Positions 40,245-55,104 of a stretch of DNA of 64,000 nucleotides are shown one piece after another. The translations under genes were made by a program, and so were the position numbers. The DNA is from Eledone cirrhosa (taxonomy: Eukaryota), in the NCBI GenBank assembly GCA_964016885.1, contig OZ024751.1, forward strand, positions 22,382,001-22,446,000, given 5' to 3'. The notes under the pieces were generated by a model. The model did no database searches and had not been told where the DNA came from. It worked only from the letters and a program-made list of their open reading frames with translations. Numbering within the stretch: position 1 is the first letter of the stretch; the number at the start of each line of letters is the position of its first letter.

Positions 40245-41289
40245 CTCTTTTGCTATGATACCAAGTGATAAATTAATATATATAACATTATTGTACTGTA
40301 TTGTCCTCCTGTGTTGTTTTTCCTTTTAATATATTTATATATATACCCAGTTGCCTTATACACTAACATATATCCTGTATTTCTTATATACTAACATCTA
40401 TTGTGTATTTCTTATACACTCAGTGTCCTTATACACTAGCATATATTGTGTATTTCTTATACAATAACATATATCGTGCATATCTTTTTGAGGACTCTGC
40501 TCCCATAATCCTCTCAGGAGTAAGTGGACGAGGAAGAAGTGTATATCTTATACACTAACATAAATCCTGTATTTCTTATACACAAACATATATTGGGTAA
40601 TTCTTATACACTAACCTATATTGTGTAATTCTTATACACTAACCTATATTGTGTAACACACAAACATATATCATAATTCTTATATACTCTATGGTCTTAT
40701 ACACAAACGTATATTGTGTAATTCTTTATACACTCGGTGGCTTTATACACAAACATATATTGTGTAATTCTTATACACCCAGTGGCTTTATACACTAACA
40801 TATATCTCATATCTCTTCTGCTCAAAAAAATAAAACAGAACGAAAATCAACTGAAAAGAAAATCATTATAGTATATAGACCAGCATCAGCACAATTGACA
40901 ATGTTTGGCTCTGTCTGGAATGGACTACTACAATGACAAACTCTGCTTCAAAGTTCTCAGCTATTATAATTTGCTTTCCAATACAGAATATGTTAAATTC
41001 ATGAAATTAAATATTTCATAGCAGAGATCTAAATTGAATTATATCATTGATTTTAAAGAATAACTAAATGGAATAAGGAATCACTAAACAGAATAATGTA
41101 ATTATATTCATTTACAATTCAGGGTTTCAACTTCATTTCATGATTTGATGCAGTTTAGTTCTGACAATTTCTATAGACACAGCAGAGTTCACTGTCCCAT
41201 TTGAACAGAAACAGAGTTCAAAAAGTTTTCTCTTCAATGCATTCATGTATTGAGGTTATTTAACCACATACACATACACACAGATATAT

Positions 41290-41880
41290 TTATTATTATT
41301 CCTTTTGTCACACAGTGTAGATGGAAAATGCACTGGAGTATTTAGTCATCTGTTAAGTCACAACAAGGACCGCAGACAGATAATACGTTCCTTAAAATGT
41401 GCACAGTGCCTAGCAAGGCTGATTTTTGTATGACACCAATCTTGCATAGTATTTCCAACCACTTTAAGAAGTCTTGGAGTTTCAATGAGATTTACCCTAA
41501 TGCCCCAGTCACAACTGGTATCACTTTCATATTATTGTCTTGCATTCCAAACAATCTTGTCATCTCCACTTTCAATTCAGAGTACTTGATTTTTTCAACC
41601 TCTTTACTCGCAATATTCATGTCATGTGGTATGGCTATATCTATGATCTGACAGTATTTACCTTTCTCACTCAATAGGACAATGTCTCTTCAGCGATACT
41701 CAATTACCCTAGCAGTCAGAAAATCATAATATTGAAAATCCCAGAATATTGTTGCTTTCCCATCCTCCTGCATTACTTTACAAGGTACATGTTCATACCA
41801 ATTCTGTATTACTTCTTATTGGTATTTACAACATAACACCCAATGAAGAGACAAACAGACTTTATCATGGTGGTGCCTAT
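41290..41880 (-). mobile_element. R4/Dong-like non-LTR retrotransposon 3' fragment (restriction-like endonuclease domain)
   Basis: Degenerate RHHDKVCLSLHWVLCK..NWYEHVP..ATIFWDF..DIVL..KCQIIDIAIPHDMNIASKEVEKIKYSELKVE..VIPVVTGALG, with a short (TAA)n tail. Confidence 0.8.
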
Positions 41881-42665
41881 ATTATTATTATCATTATTTA
41901 TTCATTCATTCATTCAAATAACTTGTAACTTCATACATGACTGAGTGGTTAATTCTTTTAATATCAACTTGGTCAAAACTGATTCTGGTTCTATGAAACA
42001 AAACTGTCAATTTTAAATATTTTCTTATTTGAATTAAAAATCTTGCAACAAAATTTTACATAAGAATCATATGTCAAGTAACTCTCTTAGTAATGAAATA
42101 ATTAATAAGTTTTATAAATCCTTAAGAATTCTTAATTAATTAAGAGGGTGTTGTCGTTTGCTTGAAACATTGTGTAAAGTCTAGAAAGATTTTAAAATAG
42201 TTTGTCTGCTCAGTTTCACTAAGAAGAAATCTGCTGTATTCAGACCTGGTGAGGGATGGGCTGCAACAGGTTTTAAAATGTCCTAGGATCACTGTTTCTC
42301 AAAATGGTGCCCGTACGACATCCTCATGAGTTACAAGAGTTACCATACCAAAAAAAGTAACAATAATACATTTATGGAACAAGTATATTCTGTTCACCAT
42401 GGGGTGGCCGGAGCGTGGGACCCTATTTGCTCATAATAGTTAGAGATGGGGAGAGCAAGAGAGATGGAGACAATGAGTGTGGGAGTTTGGCTCCTCTGTG
42501 TTCGGACTTGGTGTATGTGTATGTGCATGCTTACTGTCTTATCACACAAATGAAAATATTACCATACTTCACTCATATTCATTTTATAGACACATAAGGA
42601 ATAAAAACAAAGTTGTTCTCCCTTGAGAATTAAACTCAGAAAGTATATAAAAGGAGATAACTTAC

Positions 42666-42965
42666 AAGTAACGTGGACGGTGATGTCTTTTGATTTAACT
42701 AACTTCTCGTTCATCTGTGTGAATTGATTAGTAGCTACACAGTAGTACTGTTGTAAGTTATGTTTTCTCTGGACACGATGAAACGTCAGATGACCATCTG
42801 CATCACTATTTGTGTCTTCCATACTACTTCCTGCGACCGGAAACCACTCATATGTCGTTGGTGGTGGGTTGCCTTCTGGATCCGATCGACAAATCACCTG
42901 TTCGGTTTGGTTCTCAAACCAGGGGAACACTGTTAACGGAAACACTTTCGGTATTGCTGGGGGAT
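42666..42965 (-). CDS. Internal exon (long-type Ig domain, L1)
   Basis: Acceptor ttttgcttttaacAG|, donor |GTAAGT, 300 nt, phase 1-1: YPPAIPKVFPLTVFPWFENQTEQVICRSDPEGNPPPTTYEWF...GHLTFHRVQRKHNLQQYYCVATN...ITVHVT. Has the Ig hallmarks C..GNP..W..YxC. Confidence 0.93.
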
Positions 42966-43049
42966 CTGTTAAAAGCAAAAGGAAGCAAGCAAAATAAATA
43001 GTAGTAATGTGTAGTAACTCGATAGAATGTGTAGCTCAGAGATCAATCA

Positions 43050-43354
43050 GAGAGTCACTTCAGGTAGTGCTGGTACTTCTCTAAATTAAGAGATGTTGCA
43101 GGCAAAAACCAACCGGCAGGAGACCCAGTGGTAGAGCTCGAGCAAGATGCTTGGATAACATCTATGAGCTGGGCTGGTCCCACTTGGGGATCCAACAGGT
43201 TCAGGTGCAGACTAACCGGTTGCTTTTGACAGGACCTGCTGGAAGGAATGTTTGAGGACTCTGCTACCCCCCCACCTGCCATGAATAAGTGTCAGAAGAA
43301 GAAGAAGAAGAAGAAGAAGAAGAAGAAGAAGAAGAAGAAGAAGAAGAAGAAGAA
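43050..43354 (+). mobile_element. RTE (Expander/Rex3-like) LINE 3' fragment with (GAA)n tail
   Basis: One frame reads PTGRRPSGRARARCLDNIYELGWSHLGI, resembling the GRRPRGRPRTRW..LAWERLGI motif. A short 3' tip of the same family is at 40488-40538. Confidence 0.7.
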
Positions 43355-43379
43355 ATAAAAGAAGAGAATAGAGACACCG

Positions 43380-43878
43380 GGCTGATAAAATAAAGCACCA
43401 GTAACCTACTGGGGTCGATTTAATCGACTTTCCCCCTCCCCCAAATTACTGGCCTTGTGCCTATACTAGAAATCATTAATGTTGTTTTTTGTTGTTATTG
43501 TTGTTATTATTATTATTAATAATAATTGTTTCTACTTTAAGCACAAGGCTAGCAATTTGAAGTGGAGGGGAAAGTTGATTAATTTAACCACCAGCGCATT
43601 ACTGGTACTTTATTTTATCGACCCATTAAGGATGAAAGGCAACGCTAACCTCAGCAGGATTTGAACTTCCTGCTGAGGTTAGCTTTACAATAATTGTTTC
43701 TACTTTTGGCACAAGGCCAGCAATTATCCCAGTGCATTACTGGTACTTTATTTTATCGACCCATTAAGGATGAAAGGCAAAGTTAACCTCGGCAATATTT
43801 GTACTCAGATCGTAAAGGGACATAACTCTCTTACATCAAAGTATGGCGTCCGACCCTCTACCAATACTGCCAATCCAC
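43380..43878. mobile_element. Cluster of three SINE A copies (43380-43475 plus, 43523-43670 minus, 43692-43878 minus)
   Basis: All match the consensus; they lie in the S1-L1 intron. Confidence 0.8.
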
Positions 43879-43909
43879 AATAATAGTACTTTATAATAAG
43901 AATACTTAC

Positions 43910-44176
43910 AATAAACTGTCATTGACTGTGACGTATTTTTACTAAGTGCTGGGTGTAGTCCTTCACAAATACACTGAATATCATTAAGGTCCCGCTTGAC
44001 ATCGATTGCTAACATTGTTTCAGAAACTCCAATACTGATTATTGAACCGCAGGAGAGTCGTACCGAAGCTGACGGAACGCCTCCAGACCATCTGCACGAC
44101 ACTAGCAGTCGCTCGTTTTCCAACAATGGAATATCTGGGTTGAAGCCTTCAATTACAGGCTTACCTGGTGGAATAG
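43910..44176 (-). CDS. Internal exon (short-type Ig-like domain, S1) of a multi-Ig protein, probably cell-surface or secreted
   Basis: Acceptor ttttctctattgccAG|, donor |GTAAGT, 267 nt, phase 1-1, open frame: IPPGKPVIEGFNPDIPLLENERLLVSCRWSGGVPSASVRLSCGS...KRDLNDIQCICEGLHPALSKNTSQSMTVY. B-strand Cys, GGxP turn and F-strand CxC resemble nephrin-type C2-set Ig domains. Confidence 0.92.
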
Positions 44177-44492
44177 CTGGCAATAGAGAAAAATGAAAAT
44201 ATAATAACATTAATGAATATATAAATAAATGAATATTTATATAATAAATGTATATATAATATATAAATATAATAAATATATATATATATATATATGGAAA
44301 GTTATATTTAAATTGTTGGGTTAACAACGAGTAAATATTTATATATATATCAAAACAAGAAGTGTAAAATTAGGGTAAAATTAGCTTCGTTTATTCATAG
44401 TCACTGTTATATATATTTCAGTGATAGCCATTATTCAACAGTGTTGGTAAACAACCAACACATACTCAAAATTATGTATTTATATATCTATA

Positions 44493-44573
<81 letters not shown>

Positions 44574-44596
44574 GTATTTATATATATATATATGTG

Positions 44597-44627
<31 letters not shown>

Positions 44628-44630
44628 ATG

Positions 44631-44740
44631 TTTATCCCGGGTTCAATCGGGGGTAACCACAGTAAGTAAGGTACTCATTACATAGAGTATAAAGATTTTA
44701 TATAGAAATGGCTTCTACAGGAGTAGAACTGTTTCATTCT
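44631..44740 (-). mobile_element. Family H2 truncated copy
   Basis: tttatcccgggttcaatcgggggtaaccacagtaagtaagg...gaactgtttcattc matches the other H2 copies; it starts at (TA)n and is truncated within helix II. Confidence 0.6.
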
Positions 44741-44989
44741 GGGAGTGTGAAAGGGAGATACAATAAGAACATTTGAAGGTGACATGATGGGAGAGAGAAT
44801 GGGAAAGAGGATAACGTGTATGTGTGTGTAAGAGATAGTGAGATAGGATAATGTGTGTTTGTAAGAGATAGAGAGAGAGAGCTAGGAAGAGAGAGTGTGA
44901 GAGAAACAAGAGCTAAAGTTAAGTAAGAGAGAGAACTATGGAAGGAGAGCAAAAGCTTCAGAGAGAGAGAGAGAGAGGGGTAGGAGAGA

Positions 44990-45145
44990 GAAATCTAGAG
45001 AACTCTAGGGAAAGAGAGAAAACTGGAGAGCTAGGGAGAGAGAGAGAGAAAGCTAGAGTGCTAGGGAGAGAGAGAGAGAAAGCTAGAGAGCTAGGGAGAG
45101 AGAGAAAGCTAGAGAGCTAGGGAGAGAGAGAAAGCTAGAGAACTA

Positions 45146-45180
<35 letters not shown>

Positions 45181-45513
45181 CCAGAGAACTAGGGAAAGAG
45201 AGGGCAAAAACTAGAGAACTAGGGAAAGAGAGAGCGAAAACTAGAGAGCTAGGGAGAAAGAGAAAGCTGGAGAGCGAGAGAGAGAGAGGGAGAAAACTAG
45301 AGAGCTAGGGATAAAACTAGAGACCTAGGGAGAGAGAGAGAGAGAGAGAGAGAGAGCGGAGAGAGAGCGGAGAGAGAGCGAGAGCTAGGGAGAGAGAGCT
45401 AGGGAGAGAGAGCGAAAGCTAGAGAGCTAGGGAAAGAGAGCGAATGCTAGAGAACTAGGGAGAGACAGCAAATGCTAGAGAACTAGGGAGAGACAGCAAA
45501 TGCTAGAGAGCTA

Positions 45514-45573
<60 letters not shown>

Positions 45574-45985
45574 TAGAAAAAATTAGAGAACTAGGGAGAG
45601 AGAGGGAAATATAGAGAACTAGGGAGAGAGAGAGAGAAAGCTAGAGAGCTAGGGAGAGAGAGGGAAATCTAGAGAGCTAGGGAAAGAGAGAGAAAGCTAG
45701 AGAGCTAGGGAAAGAGAGAGAAAGCTAGAGAGCTAGGGAGAGAGAGGGAAATCTAGAGAGCTAGGGAAAGAGAGAGAAAGCTAGAGAGCTAGGGAAAGAG
45801 AGAGAAAGCTAGAGAGCTAGGGAGAGAGAGGGAAATCTAGAGAGCTAGGGAAAGAGAGAGAGAAAACTAGAGAACTAGGGAAAGAGAGCGAAAACTAGAG
45901 AACTAGGGAGAGCGAGAGCGAAAGCTAGAGAGCTAGGGAGAGAGAGAGAGTGAGAAAACTAGAGAACTAGGGAAAGAGAGCGAAA
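44990..45985. repeat. Purine-rich satellite (ctagagagctagggagagagagaaag)n
   Basis: Seen directly. Confidence 0.95.
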
Positions 45986-46486
45986 GAAGGACAAAGAGAG
46001 ACCATTTAACGATAAAAAGAACCAGAGGTGGTTTATTGTATGAAGTCAATTAGGTTTGAGAGGGAGTATTTAAGTGCAACGTTGAAACTAAACATAACAT
46101 AAGGTAACCAATTGATTCATGTGGCTAATAGCAAGAATTAAGTACTTATTCACAGTCCTAATCACAAATAGCCTATAACAATACAAGCTGCAAATAATGG
46201 CATTATTGTTATTATTACTGTTGTTGTTGTTAACATTCACAAGCCATTGGTGGTTAGCAAATGTCAAACACACGAAGCTTGGAATGCTTGGATACATTTT
46301 TCATGATAAAAGCATTTTCGTGCGTACACACGCACACACACACACACACACACGCACGCACACACACACACACAAAAACACGCACGCACATGCAAATTTA
46401 TAGACTTATATATACACACAAGTATATACGTGTATTACAATTTTTTTTTCATACATACGATTCCTAAATAACTCCAAAGTAATCAA

Positions 46487-46597
46487 GGAATGAAACAGTT
46501 CTAGTCCTGTAGAAGCCATTTCTATATTAAACATTTATACTCTGCTATGTATTGAGTACTTTACTTACTGTGATTAACCTCGATTGAACCCGAGATA
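46487..46597 (+). mobile_element. Family H2 truncated copy
   Basis: gaatGAAAcagttctagtcctgtagaagccatttctatattaaa...ctcgattgaacccgagata. Confidence 0.6.
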
Positions 46598-46608
46598 CAC
46601 ACACACAT

Positions 46609-46640
<32 letters not shown>

Positions 46641-46661
46641 TACATACATATATATATATAT

Positions 46662-46715
46662 AGGGTGTCCCAAAAAATGTATACACACTTCAAGTGTGTA
46701 TACATTTTTTGGGAC

Positions 46716-46721
<6 letters not shown>
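46662..46721. mobile_element. Tiny palindromic Tc1/mariner-type MITE; second copy at 60602-60677
   Basis: agggtgtcccaaaaaatgtatacacactt-c-aagtgtgtatacattttttgggacaccct, inserted in (TA)n. Confidence 0.75.
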
Positions 46722-46756
<35 letters not shown>

Positions 46757-46915
46757 CAAAATATTAATAAATGAAAAATATTCTCATAACCGAAATATAT
46801 ATTTTATTATACATATTTCAAAGGTACAATGGTGTTTAAGTACGTTTTCATCAGATAAAATATATGAGAGATTGGATATGCGACATACCGCTACGGTTTT
46901 GATTATTCAATTCCA

Positions 46916-46952
<37 letters not shown>

Positions 46953-47073
46953 TAGATTTAGAATGGAAAACGGTATCGATCTTGGATCAAAGACACCTTT
47001 TTTCGTGCTATTGTACCACACATACATATATACATACACGAGAAAGATCGCAAATAAGTATAGTACTCGATGT

Positions 47074-47157
<84 letters not shown>

Positions 47158-47468
47158 ACACACTCACACACACACACATATATATATATGAATAATCGTA
47201 AAATTGGAGTATTCTCAGCACGAAAGTTAGCCGTAAAAGCTGGATACTATTTGCATAGTAAAAATGATTTTTGGGGGGTTAAGATATAATCACAAATCGA
47301 ACGGAGAGTGGAAGAGAGAGGGAGAAAGAGAGTCAAAGTGTGAGATGAGAAATGAAAGGGTTATAGAAAGAGGGAAGGGAAGAGGAGGAAAGGAGAAAAA
47401 TTGGGATGAAAACGATGGAGTAGGACATGTGTGCATGTATGTGTGTGTGTGTGTGTATGTGTGTGTGT

Positions 47469-47507
<39 letters not shown>

Positions 47508-47564
47508 TGTGTGTGTATGTGTGTGTGTGTGTATATATATAAATGTATATATATATACACACAC

Positions 47565-47595
<31 letters not shown>

Positions 47596-47626
47596 TGTAT
47601 ATATATATGTGTGTGTGTATATATAA

Positions 47627-47667
<41 letters not shown>

Positions 47668-47934
47668 TATATATATATATATATTACATACACACACGCA
47701 CACACACATATGTATAAATACATATAAATACACACATATTACCCAGGATGTGACAATATTTCATATCACTTTAGAAGTGTTGTTGGAAGTTCCTCATCAT
47801 TGTTCTGTAACAACAGAAAACACTCAACACATCAACATATATGGCAATACAAAGACAATACATTCAGCCTGCTGTGATTTACTGTATAGTATTAATACAG
47901 ATCCAGAGCCTTTCCTGTATCAACGAATCAATAT

Positions 47935-48352
47935 TATATAACTTTATTGGTGGATTGGCAGTATTCAGTAGAGAGTCAGACGACATGCTTTGACGAATAG
48001 AGTTACGGCCCTTGCCATTCTGAGTTCAAATCCCGCCGAGGTTAACTTTGCCTTTCATCCTTACGGGGTCGATAAAAATAAAGTACCAGTAATACACTGG
48101 GTAATTTTGCTGGCCTTGTGTCAAAAGTAGAAACAATTATATAACTTTATTGGTGGATTGGCAGTATCAGTAGAGGGTCAGACGCCATGCTTTGACGCAT
48201 AGAGTTACGGCCCTTGCCATTCTGAGTTCAAATCCCGCCGAGGTTAACTTTGCCTTTCATCCTTACGGGGTCGATAAAATAAAGTACCAGTAATACACTG
48301 GGTAATTTGCTGGCCTTGTGTCAAAAGTAGAAACAATTATATAACTTTATAT
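47935..48352 (+). mobile_element. Tandem duplicated SINE A (two near-identical units of about 202 bp)
   Basis: Each unit is flanked by tataactttat, present three times (TSD-like). Confidence 0.85.
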
Positions 48353-48737
48353 AACAGTATATAACATTGACATATTGAAACCGACTTCGTTATACAGCTG
48401 AATGAACTGGAGCAACGTGAAATAAAGTGTCTTGCTGAAGAACACAATGCAAAGCTCGGTTCGAGAATCGAATTCCCAACCTTACGATTGTAAGCCCGAC
48501 GCTCTAACTACTAACCCATGCACCTTCACACACACACACACATATGTATGTGAATTTGGTAACGAAAATCATAGTATCATATACACTTCTATTTGATAAC
48601 GAATAAAATCCTGACAATGAATGGGTTACATACGAAAATAAATTCAAAACGTCACTAGGGGTAGCTTATGAAAAAATTCTGTGTGGACGGGTGTATAAGT
48701 GTTTTAGTTGGTTAGCTTGTATATATGTAAAGGTTTT

Positions 48738-49222
48738 TGGTGATAATATCGGGAGGACTCCTCACTTGTGCAGACCTCCCAACCTCTAAAAACCCAAACG
48801 GGGAGTACCATGAAATAAGTGCCGGGCACTTATTTCATGGTAGTCCCCGTTTGGCACTTAGTGCCCCAACACGGTATGAAATGAGGCAAAATAGGGAGAT
48901 TTTACATAATGAAATCTATGCCCATTTTTATAAGAGAAGACCTCTCTCACCCATCCCAAAGTGGGTGGGAGATCTCCCTGTCGGACGGGGAGAATTGACA
49001 GGTCTACTTGTGTCAAAGACATGACAAACTCATCAGCGCTGGTTCCACTATAAGACACACCCTGTACATCCCGTGAGTACAGAATCATACATGTGAACGA
49101 GATACAACCCCAGGCCCGCTTGGGAGGTCACTGGCTCCGGACAGTTACCCATATGACCTATAAATGCCTGTTTAACCCTTGCTAACAGGGAAAACGGACT
49201 TTAAAGGACGATGATGTTGATA
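48738..49222 (+). mobile_element. RTE-tailed non-autonomous element with internal 30-bp-arm palindrome
   Basis: Ends in aacccttgctaacagggaaaacggactttaaaggacgatgat, the same tail as the RTE at 33185-33230. Palindrome at 48794-48854. Confidence 0.5.
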
Positions 49223-50189
49223 AGTGTATACCACTTAAGAACTTGAATTATATTTACTATGCAGTATGTAGATGTCGGTGTAGAGTTTGAATAACAAATG
49301 TTCTGTCCTAAATAATGTTTTAATATTTCGTTAAAAATTGTATTGGAAACGCAGTTTTTAACATACGGGTTAATATTTCCTTGATAATTGTTTTGGGACT
49401 GCTGTTTTAGTGTACAGGTTAATATTTCGTTAATAATTGTATTGGAAACATCGTTTTAATGTGCAGGTTAATATTTCGTTAATAATTGTATTAGAAACAT
49501 CTTTTGAGGGTTCAGGTTAATAATTCGTTAAATAATTGTATTAGAAACATCGTTTTAGTGTATAGGTTAATAATTGTATTGGAACCGCTGTTTTAGTGTA
49601 TAGGTTCATATTTCGTAAATAATTCTATTAGAAACGCTGTTTTAATGTACAGGTTATGAATGGCAAGAACATTAGATAAGTTAGAAACCAATAACTTCGC
49701 CATGTCGTTGAGTGAATAATGTTAAAGGTGTTGTGGAGTTAATTATTTGAATGTAACGTAAGTACAAACCTGTGTGTGTTTTATTTGTTGGTTCAACTCT
49801 TTCATGGTGAGAGGGAAAATGTGGATTTGTGAGTGAAAGAGTGAGCGAATAAAAGAGAAAGTGGGTGAACGATAGAGATTGAATAAGAGTGTGAGTGTGT
49901 GAGTGAGAGAGAGAGAGAGAGTTGGGTAAAATGACATCAACATGGTTGGAGCCGGATTAGCTGTAACACTCGTTAATTAACCAACATGGGGGAGACAGAT
50001 TGAGGGGAGAACTAGCTTTCTTTGCTACATTTTGTATAGAACTTTAAAACTTCCCTCTAATTCCTCGAATGGTGGGAATTTCGAGCGACAAGCTGTTGTC
50101 CATGAAGAAGCAAATAAGGCCAACATGTAACAATATTCCAAACTCCAGCTTAACGACGAAAAGACACAGTTATAATTATTAAATGCCTT

Positions 50190-50337
50190 CAGTGGCGTAG
50201 GTAGAGTGTGTGACCGGGGCAGCCCGTGAGCTTGCCATCCATAGCCTCTTTATCTCCGCCTAGAAACCCGAATGTGCCACCCTCTTAAAAGTATCGCCCG
50301 TGGAAGACTGCCTCCGCTCTGTTAGCAACGCTACTGC
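50190..50337. mobile_element. hAT-like MITE (CAGTGGCGT..ACGCTACTG); partial second copy at 61491-61650 with the same left flank
   Basis: Short imperfect TIRs; no clear 8-bp TSD. Confidence 0.45.
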
Positions 50338-51610
50338 TTTCAAATTCTTGAATTTTCGATTTTAAAGAATCGAATATGATATTTTATTTTACGAAGCGGT
50401 TTATTCACACAACAAAAAGGAACAAAAGAAAAAAAAGGAAATGAAAAGAAGATAAAAAGAATCAAGTAACGAACGAATGGAAGGAAGAGGGGACAGATAC
50501 TACACAGGATCTATAAATTATAGTTAGTATCTTTCACTAGAAATATGGTAAGGAAAAGGTTAATATTTCATTGAAGACTTTGCTATAAGCAACTTCAGTC
50601 AGCCCCATATGCAACAGCCGACATGACAATCGTCACTAATTACAACAGCTATAAAAAGAACGACAACTACAAAAACAAAAACAACTACAACGACAACATC
50701 AATCAGAACAACTACAACAACAACAAAATCTCTACAAAAGCCAGCAGCCGATACAAATAATGCAACTATGTAAAGTAACGTCTCGTTTTGTGCAAAAGAA
50801 ATGACAAGTGCAAATATCATGGAAATAACCTTAGAAATAAGTTATGGAGGTTAGTTAGGTGGAATAGGAAAGATGGATGGTTAGATGGGAGAATCTTATC
50901 ATTCTCGAAAGACTGTGTAACTACAATTGATAAGAAGCACACACGGTGTTGTTGACAGTGATTTACAACATAGGAAGAAGAGGAGATAGAGGAACATATT
51001 TACAATATAATAAATAAATCTTTGAGTAAATATAACGTTTTTCTTATGTATATTCAGTTGTGGTTAAAATTATAGTGCAGAAAACATGGCCGCTGTCAAA
51101 AGGGCTAATATAGATCTGTCAAAGAACAGCTGAGCATACGAACAGAAGTATTGGTTCGTTAAGTATGAAATTTGTAGAAATTTGGTTTTTTTCTGAAAAT
51201 TTCTAAACATTTCATACTTGACGGCCCAATACAAGGTTAGGCTGAAAACCTCATAGGCTGACTATAAAGAAATGATGCTAATGCTGTGAAATCTAGCATG
51301 CATTAATTTCAATTTTTCTTATTAATAACTGCATTGTTTCTTTCTAGTTGATGGATGCGAAATCCGAAATATAGGGACTGACTATTAAATCACTTCCAAG
51401 GTAACTCTATCACGTGTTATTATTTTTTTACACTTTTCCTACGTTCTTTTACGCCTCTCTACGTCTCTTTCTACACTTCCTCTTACATCTCTCTCTCATT
51501 ACTACCTGATTCTGTTACCCGTAGATTTACCCATCTGCATTGTTGAGGCTTCGAAAACGACCATTTTTATATATACATACATATACACACACGCGCGCGC
51601 GCGCACGCTT

Positions 51611-51691
<81 letters not shown>

Positions 51692-52224
51692 AGTACATAC
51701 AACGATCGAACTACTGGTTTTATTCAAGTGATTTGAAATGGTGAGGACTTTAACGTTCTCCTATGTTAATAAGCTGTTGAAGCATTGGTTTTTCTTTATT
51801 TTCTTGCAAGGGTTTCTTACTTGGGAACTGTTGCTTTACAACACTTTAACGTATGATGTCTACTGTGGCCCGTTCCACTGAGCAACGAGATCGAAATCAT
51901 CATATATCGATCTAAATCCTTATATATATATATATATATATACAATATGCTACGACCAGGCTCCTACGACGCCACAAAGAGTCTCGAGTCTATGTATATA
52001 TATGTATATACATAACTAGGTATATATATATATAAATATTAGGAAGTTTGTCTAACAATATATATATCTAGGATAATATAGAGTGCAATAAAGAAATTAA
52101 TTTCGTTGATTAAATGATGAAGTTTATCTCAGAAATAACTAGAGAATGAATTTTAGTGAACAAAGCATAAAATTAATCCTGTTAATCCTGTTGTGTATAA
52201 ATATTCTCTTTCTCTCTCTCTCCC

Positions 52225-52277
<53 letters not shown>

Positions 52278-52357
52278 ATTTTTTGTAGCTTTATTTTGGA
52301 TATTTATAGTTGTATAAACTTTTCAATTTCATTACTTTGGTTGGCAGAATTTCATAC

Positions 52358-52489
<132 letters not shown>

Positions 52490-52636
52490 GGGGATGACTT
52501 AATTCTGCACTACAAAATTAAACCAAGCTTGAGACATGGTATAATTTTAAAATATTGATATTTTCCTCTGTGAATTAAAATATTATTTTGGAATATGCAC
52601 ATACACGCACGCATATATATATATATATATATATAC

Positions 52637-52688
<52 letters not shown>

Positions 52689-53077
52689 GAATATATGTAT
52701 ATATATATGTATATATGAATATATGTATATATATATGTATATATGAATATATGTATATATATATGTATATATGAATATATGTATATATATATGTATATAT
52801 GAATATATGTATATATATATATGTATATATGAATATATGTATATACATATATATGTATATATATATATGTATATATGTATATATACATATATATATAGAC
52901 ATATATACATATATATATACATATATACATACATATATACATATACATATATACATACATATATACATATATATATGTATATATATATGTATATATGTAT
53001 ATATATATGTATATATACATATATACATTATATATATATATGTATATATGTATATATATATGTATATATACATATAT

Positions 53078-53160
<83 letters not shown>

Positions 53161-53171
53161 GTATATATGTG

Positions 53172-53202
<31 letters not shown>

Positions 53203-53225
53203 GTATATATGTGTATATATATATA

Positions 53226-53257
<32 letters not shown>

Positions 53258-53419
53258 CATACACATGTGTATATATATATATATATATTGATTGATTGAT
53301 AGATAAATAGTGATATGCGCGCATATAGATATATATGTACGCACGCACACACACACATATATATGTATAGATTGTCAGATATCTATATTCACATGTGTTC
53401 ACGCACACACGCACGTGTG

Positions 53420-53484
<65 letters not shown>

Positions 53485-54398
53485 CATACACACACTCATA
53501 CACATACACATATATATATATAAATATATGCACAGAACGTATGTATGTATGTATGCAAGCACATTTATATATGTATGTCATCTCTCCGTACCGTTACATA
53601 CACTTGTACACACATGTATATGAGTTAACAAGTTTTTTGTATATACACATATGTATAGACATATATACGCACACACCTATATACTTATCTGAATCAGTAT
53701 TATTTTGAAATATTGATTTTGAATTATTTTTTTGTTTTTACGAATATAGAACGGATGACAAGAAGTGCCGAGTGTTCTAGATTATTTTGTTTAGCTGTGA
53801 AATATAACATTTCATTTCAGAACTGACATCATATACATCTCTAACAACTGAAGCGTGCTTTAAAACGATGTTAACGCACGCGGCTTAGTGGTTAGCGTGT
53901 TACATTAATGATTGTAATGTGAGTTCGAACCCCGGGCCAGGTGGAGCGTAAAGCAGTTCATTCAATGCTGCAACATTGAAATCAGTTGAAAACGAGTACC
54001 AGTGGCACGCTAGGGGTAAAGAATGTGGGGATTAGCCTTGTGATTGACAAGACTGGCGGTGTCGTGTCCAAAAAAAGAGGTGGTGAGAGTTGGTGGTGGG
54101 TTAAGCTTTGTACTTTCTGTCATCTTGACATCAATGAAACCGAGATCTGATCCGACCTGCTGAGCTTCAGAGTTTTGGGACAGACTTTGATTTATCGAAA
54201 TCATTCTATATTGGAAAGTGGGGTGCATAACTGGGAGAATTCGGTGCATATTGTAGAGCTTGCCCAGGGCTCTAAATTCCCAGCTGCCGATCTGTTCATA
54301 GACAGATTTATTGTATAAATATCGTGTCTAACATAAAACCTTTGATCAAAAGCCATCATATTCAAGGTCGATATGGGTATAAATAAAAATAATAAGAA

Positions 54399-54485
<87 letters not shown>

Positions 54486-54488
<3 letters not shown>

Positions 54489-54681
54489 AGTAAGTAAGAC
54501 CCCGACGGCTGAGCTCAAGCCGTTTCGACGGTTAATTCTGTACAGTACAGAATTAACCGTCGAAACGGCTTGAGCTCAGCCGTAGGGGTCTTTCTTACTC
54601 CTTATTACCCACTCTACTACCCCAAGTATTGAGTACTTTGGTGCGTTATGGTCCATCTGGTTCCTTACCACTTTTCCCTCG

Positions 54682-54682
<1 letters not shown>
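54486..54682 (+). mobile_element. Family H3 fold-back (about 58-bp arms) with the 3' half of a hammerhead
   Basis: Near-perfect palindrome 54486-54602 centred at 54544. Each arm has GAAA-CGGCT-TGAGCTC-AGCCG-T(C/A)-GGGGTC. The tail attacccactctactac..gagtactttggtgcgttatggtccatctgg ends in (TA)n. Confidence 0.75.
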
Positions 54683-54724
<42 letters not shown>

Positions 54725-54752
54725 AACATACTTGAAAGTATAGCAGATATAA

Positions 54753-54838
<86 letters not shown>

Positions 54839-55104
54839 GCATATGAACATACTTTCGACACATATGAAGAAAGCGAATGTATAGAGGATAAATGCTTATA
54901 TACATACATACATGCATACATACATACATACATACATGCATACATACATACATACATACATGCATGCATACATACATACATACATACATGCATGCATGCA
55001 TACATACATACATACATACATACATACATGCATGCATGCATGCATACATACATACATACATACATACATACATACATACATACAGAACCACCAACATAAG
55101 TGCC

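Noticed and set aside
51821-51912. Possible small minus-strand exon (MMISISLLSGTGHSRHHTLKCCKATVP) ending at GTAAGA
   Set aside because: The donor is phase 2, incompatible with S1. There is no polypyrimidine tract and it is not a convincing signal peptide.
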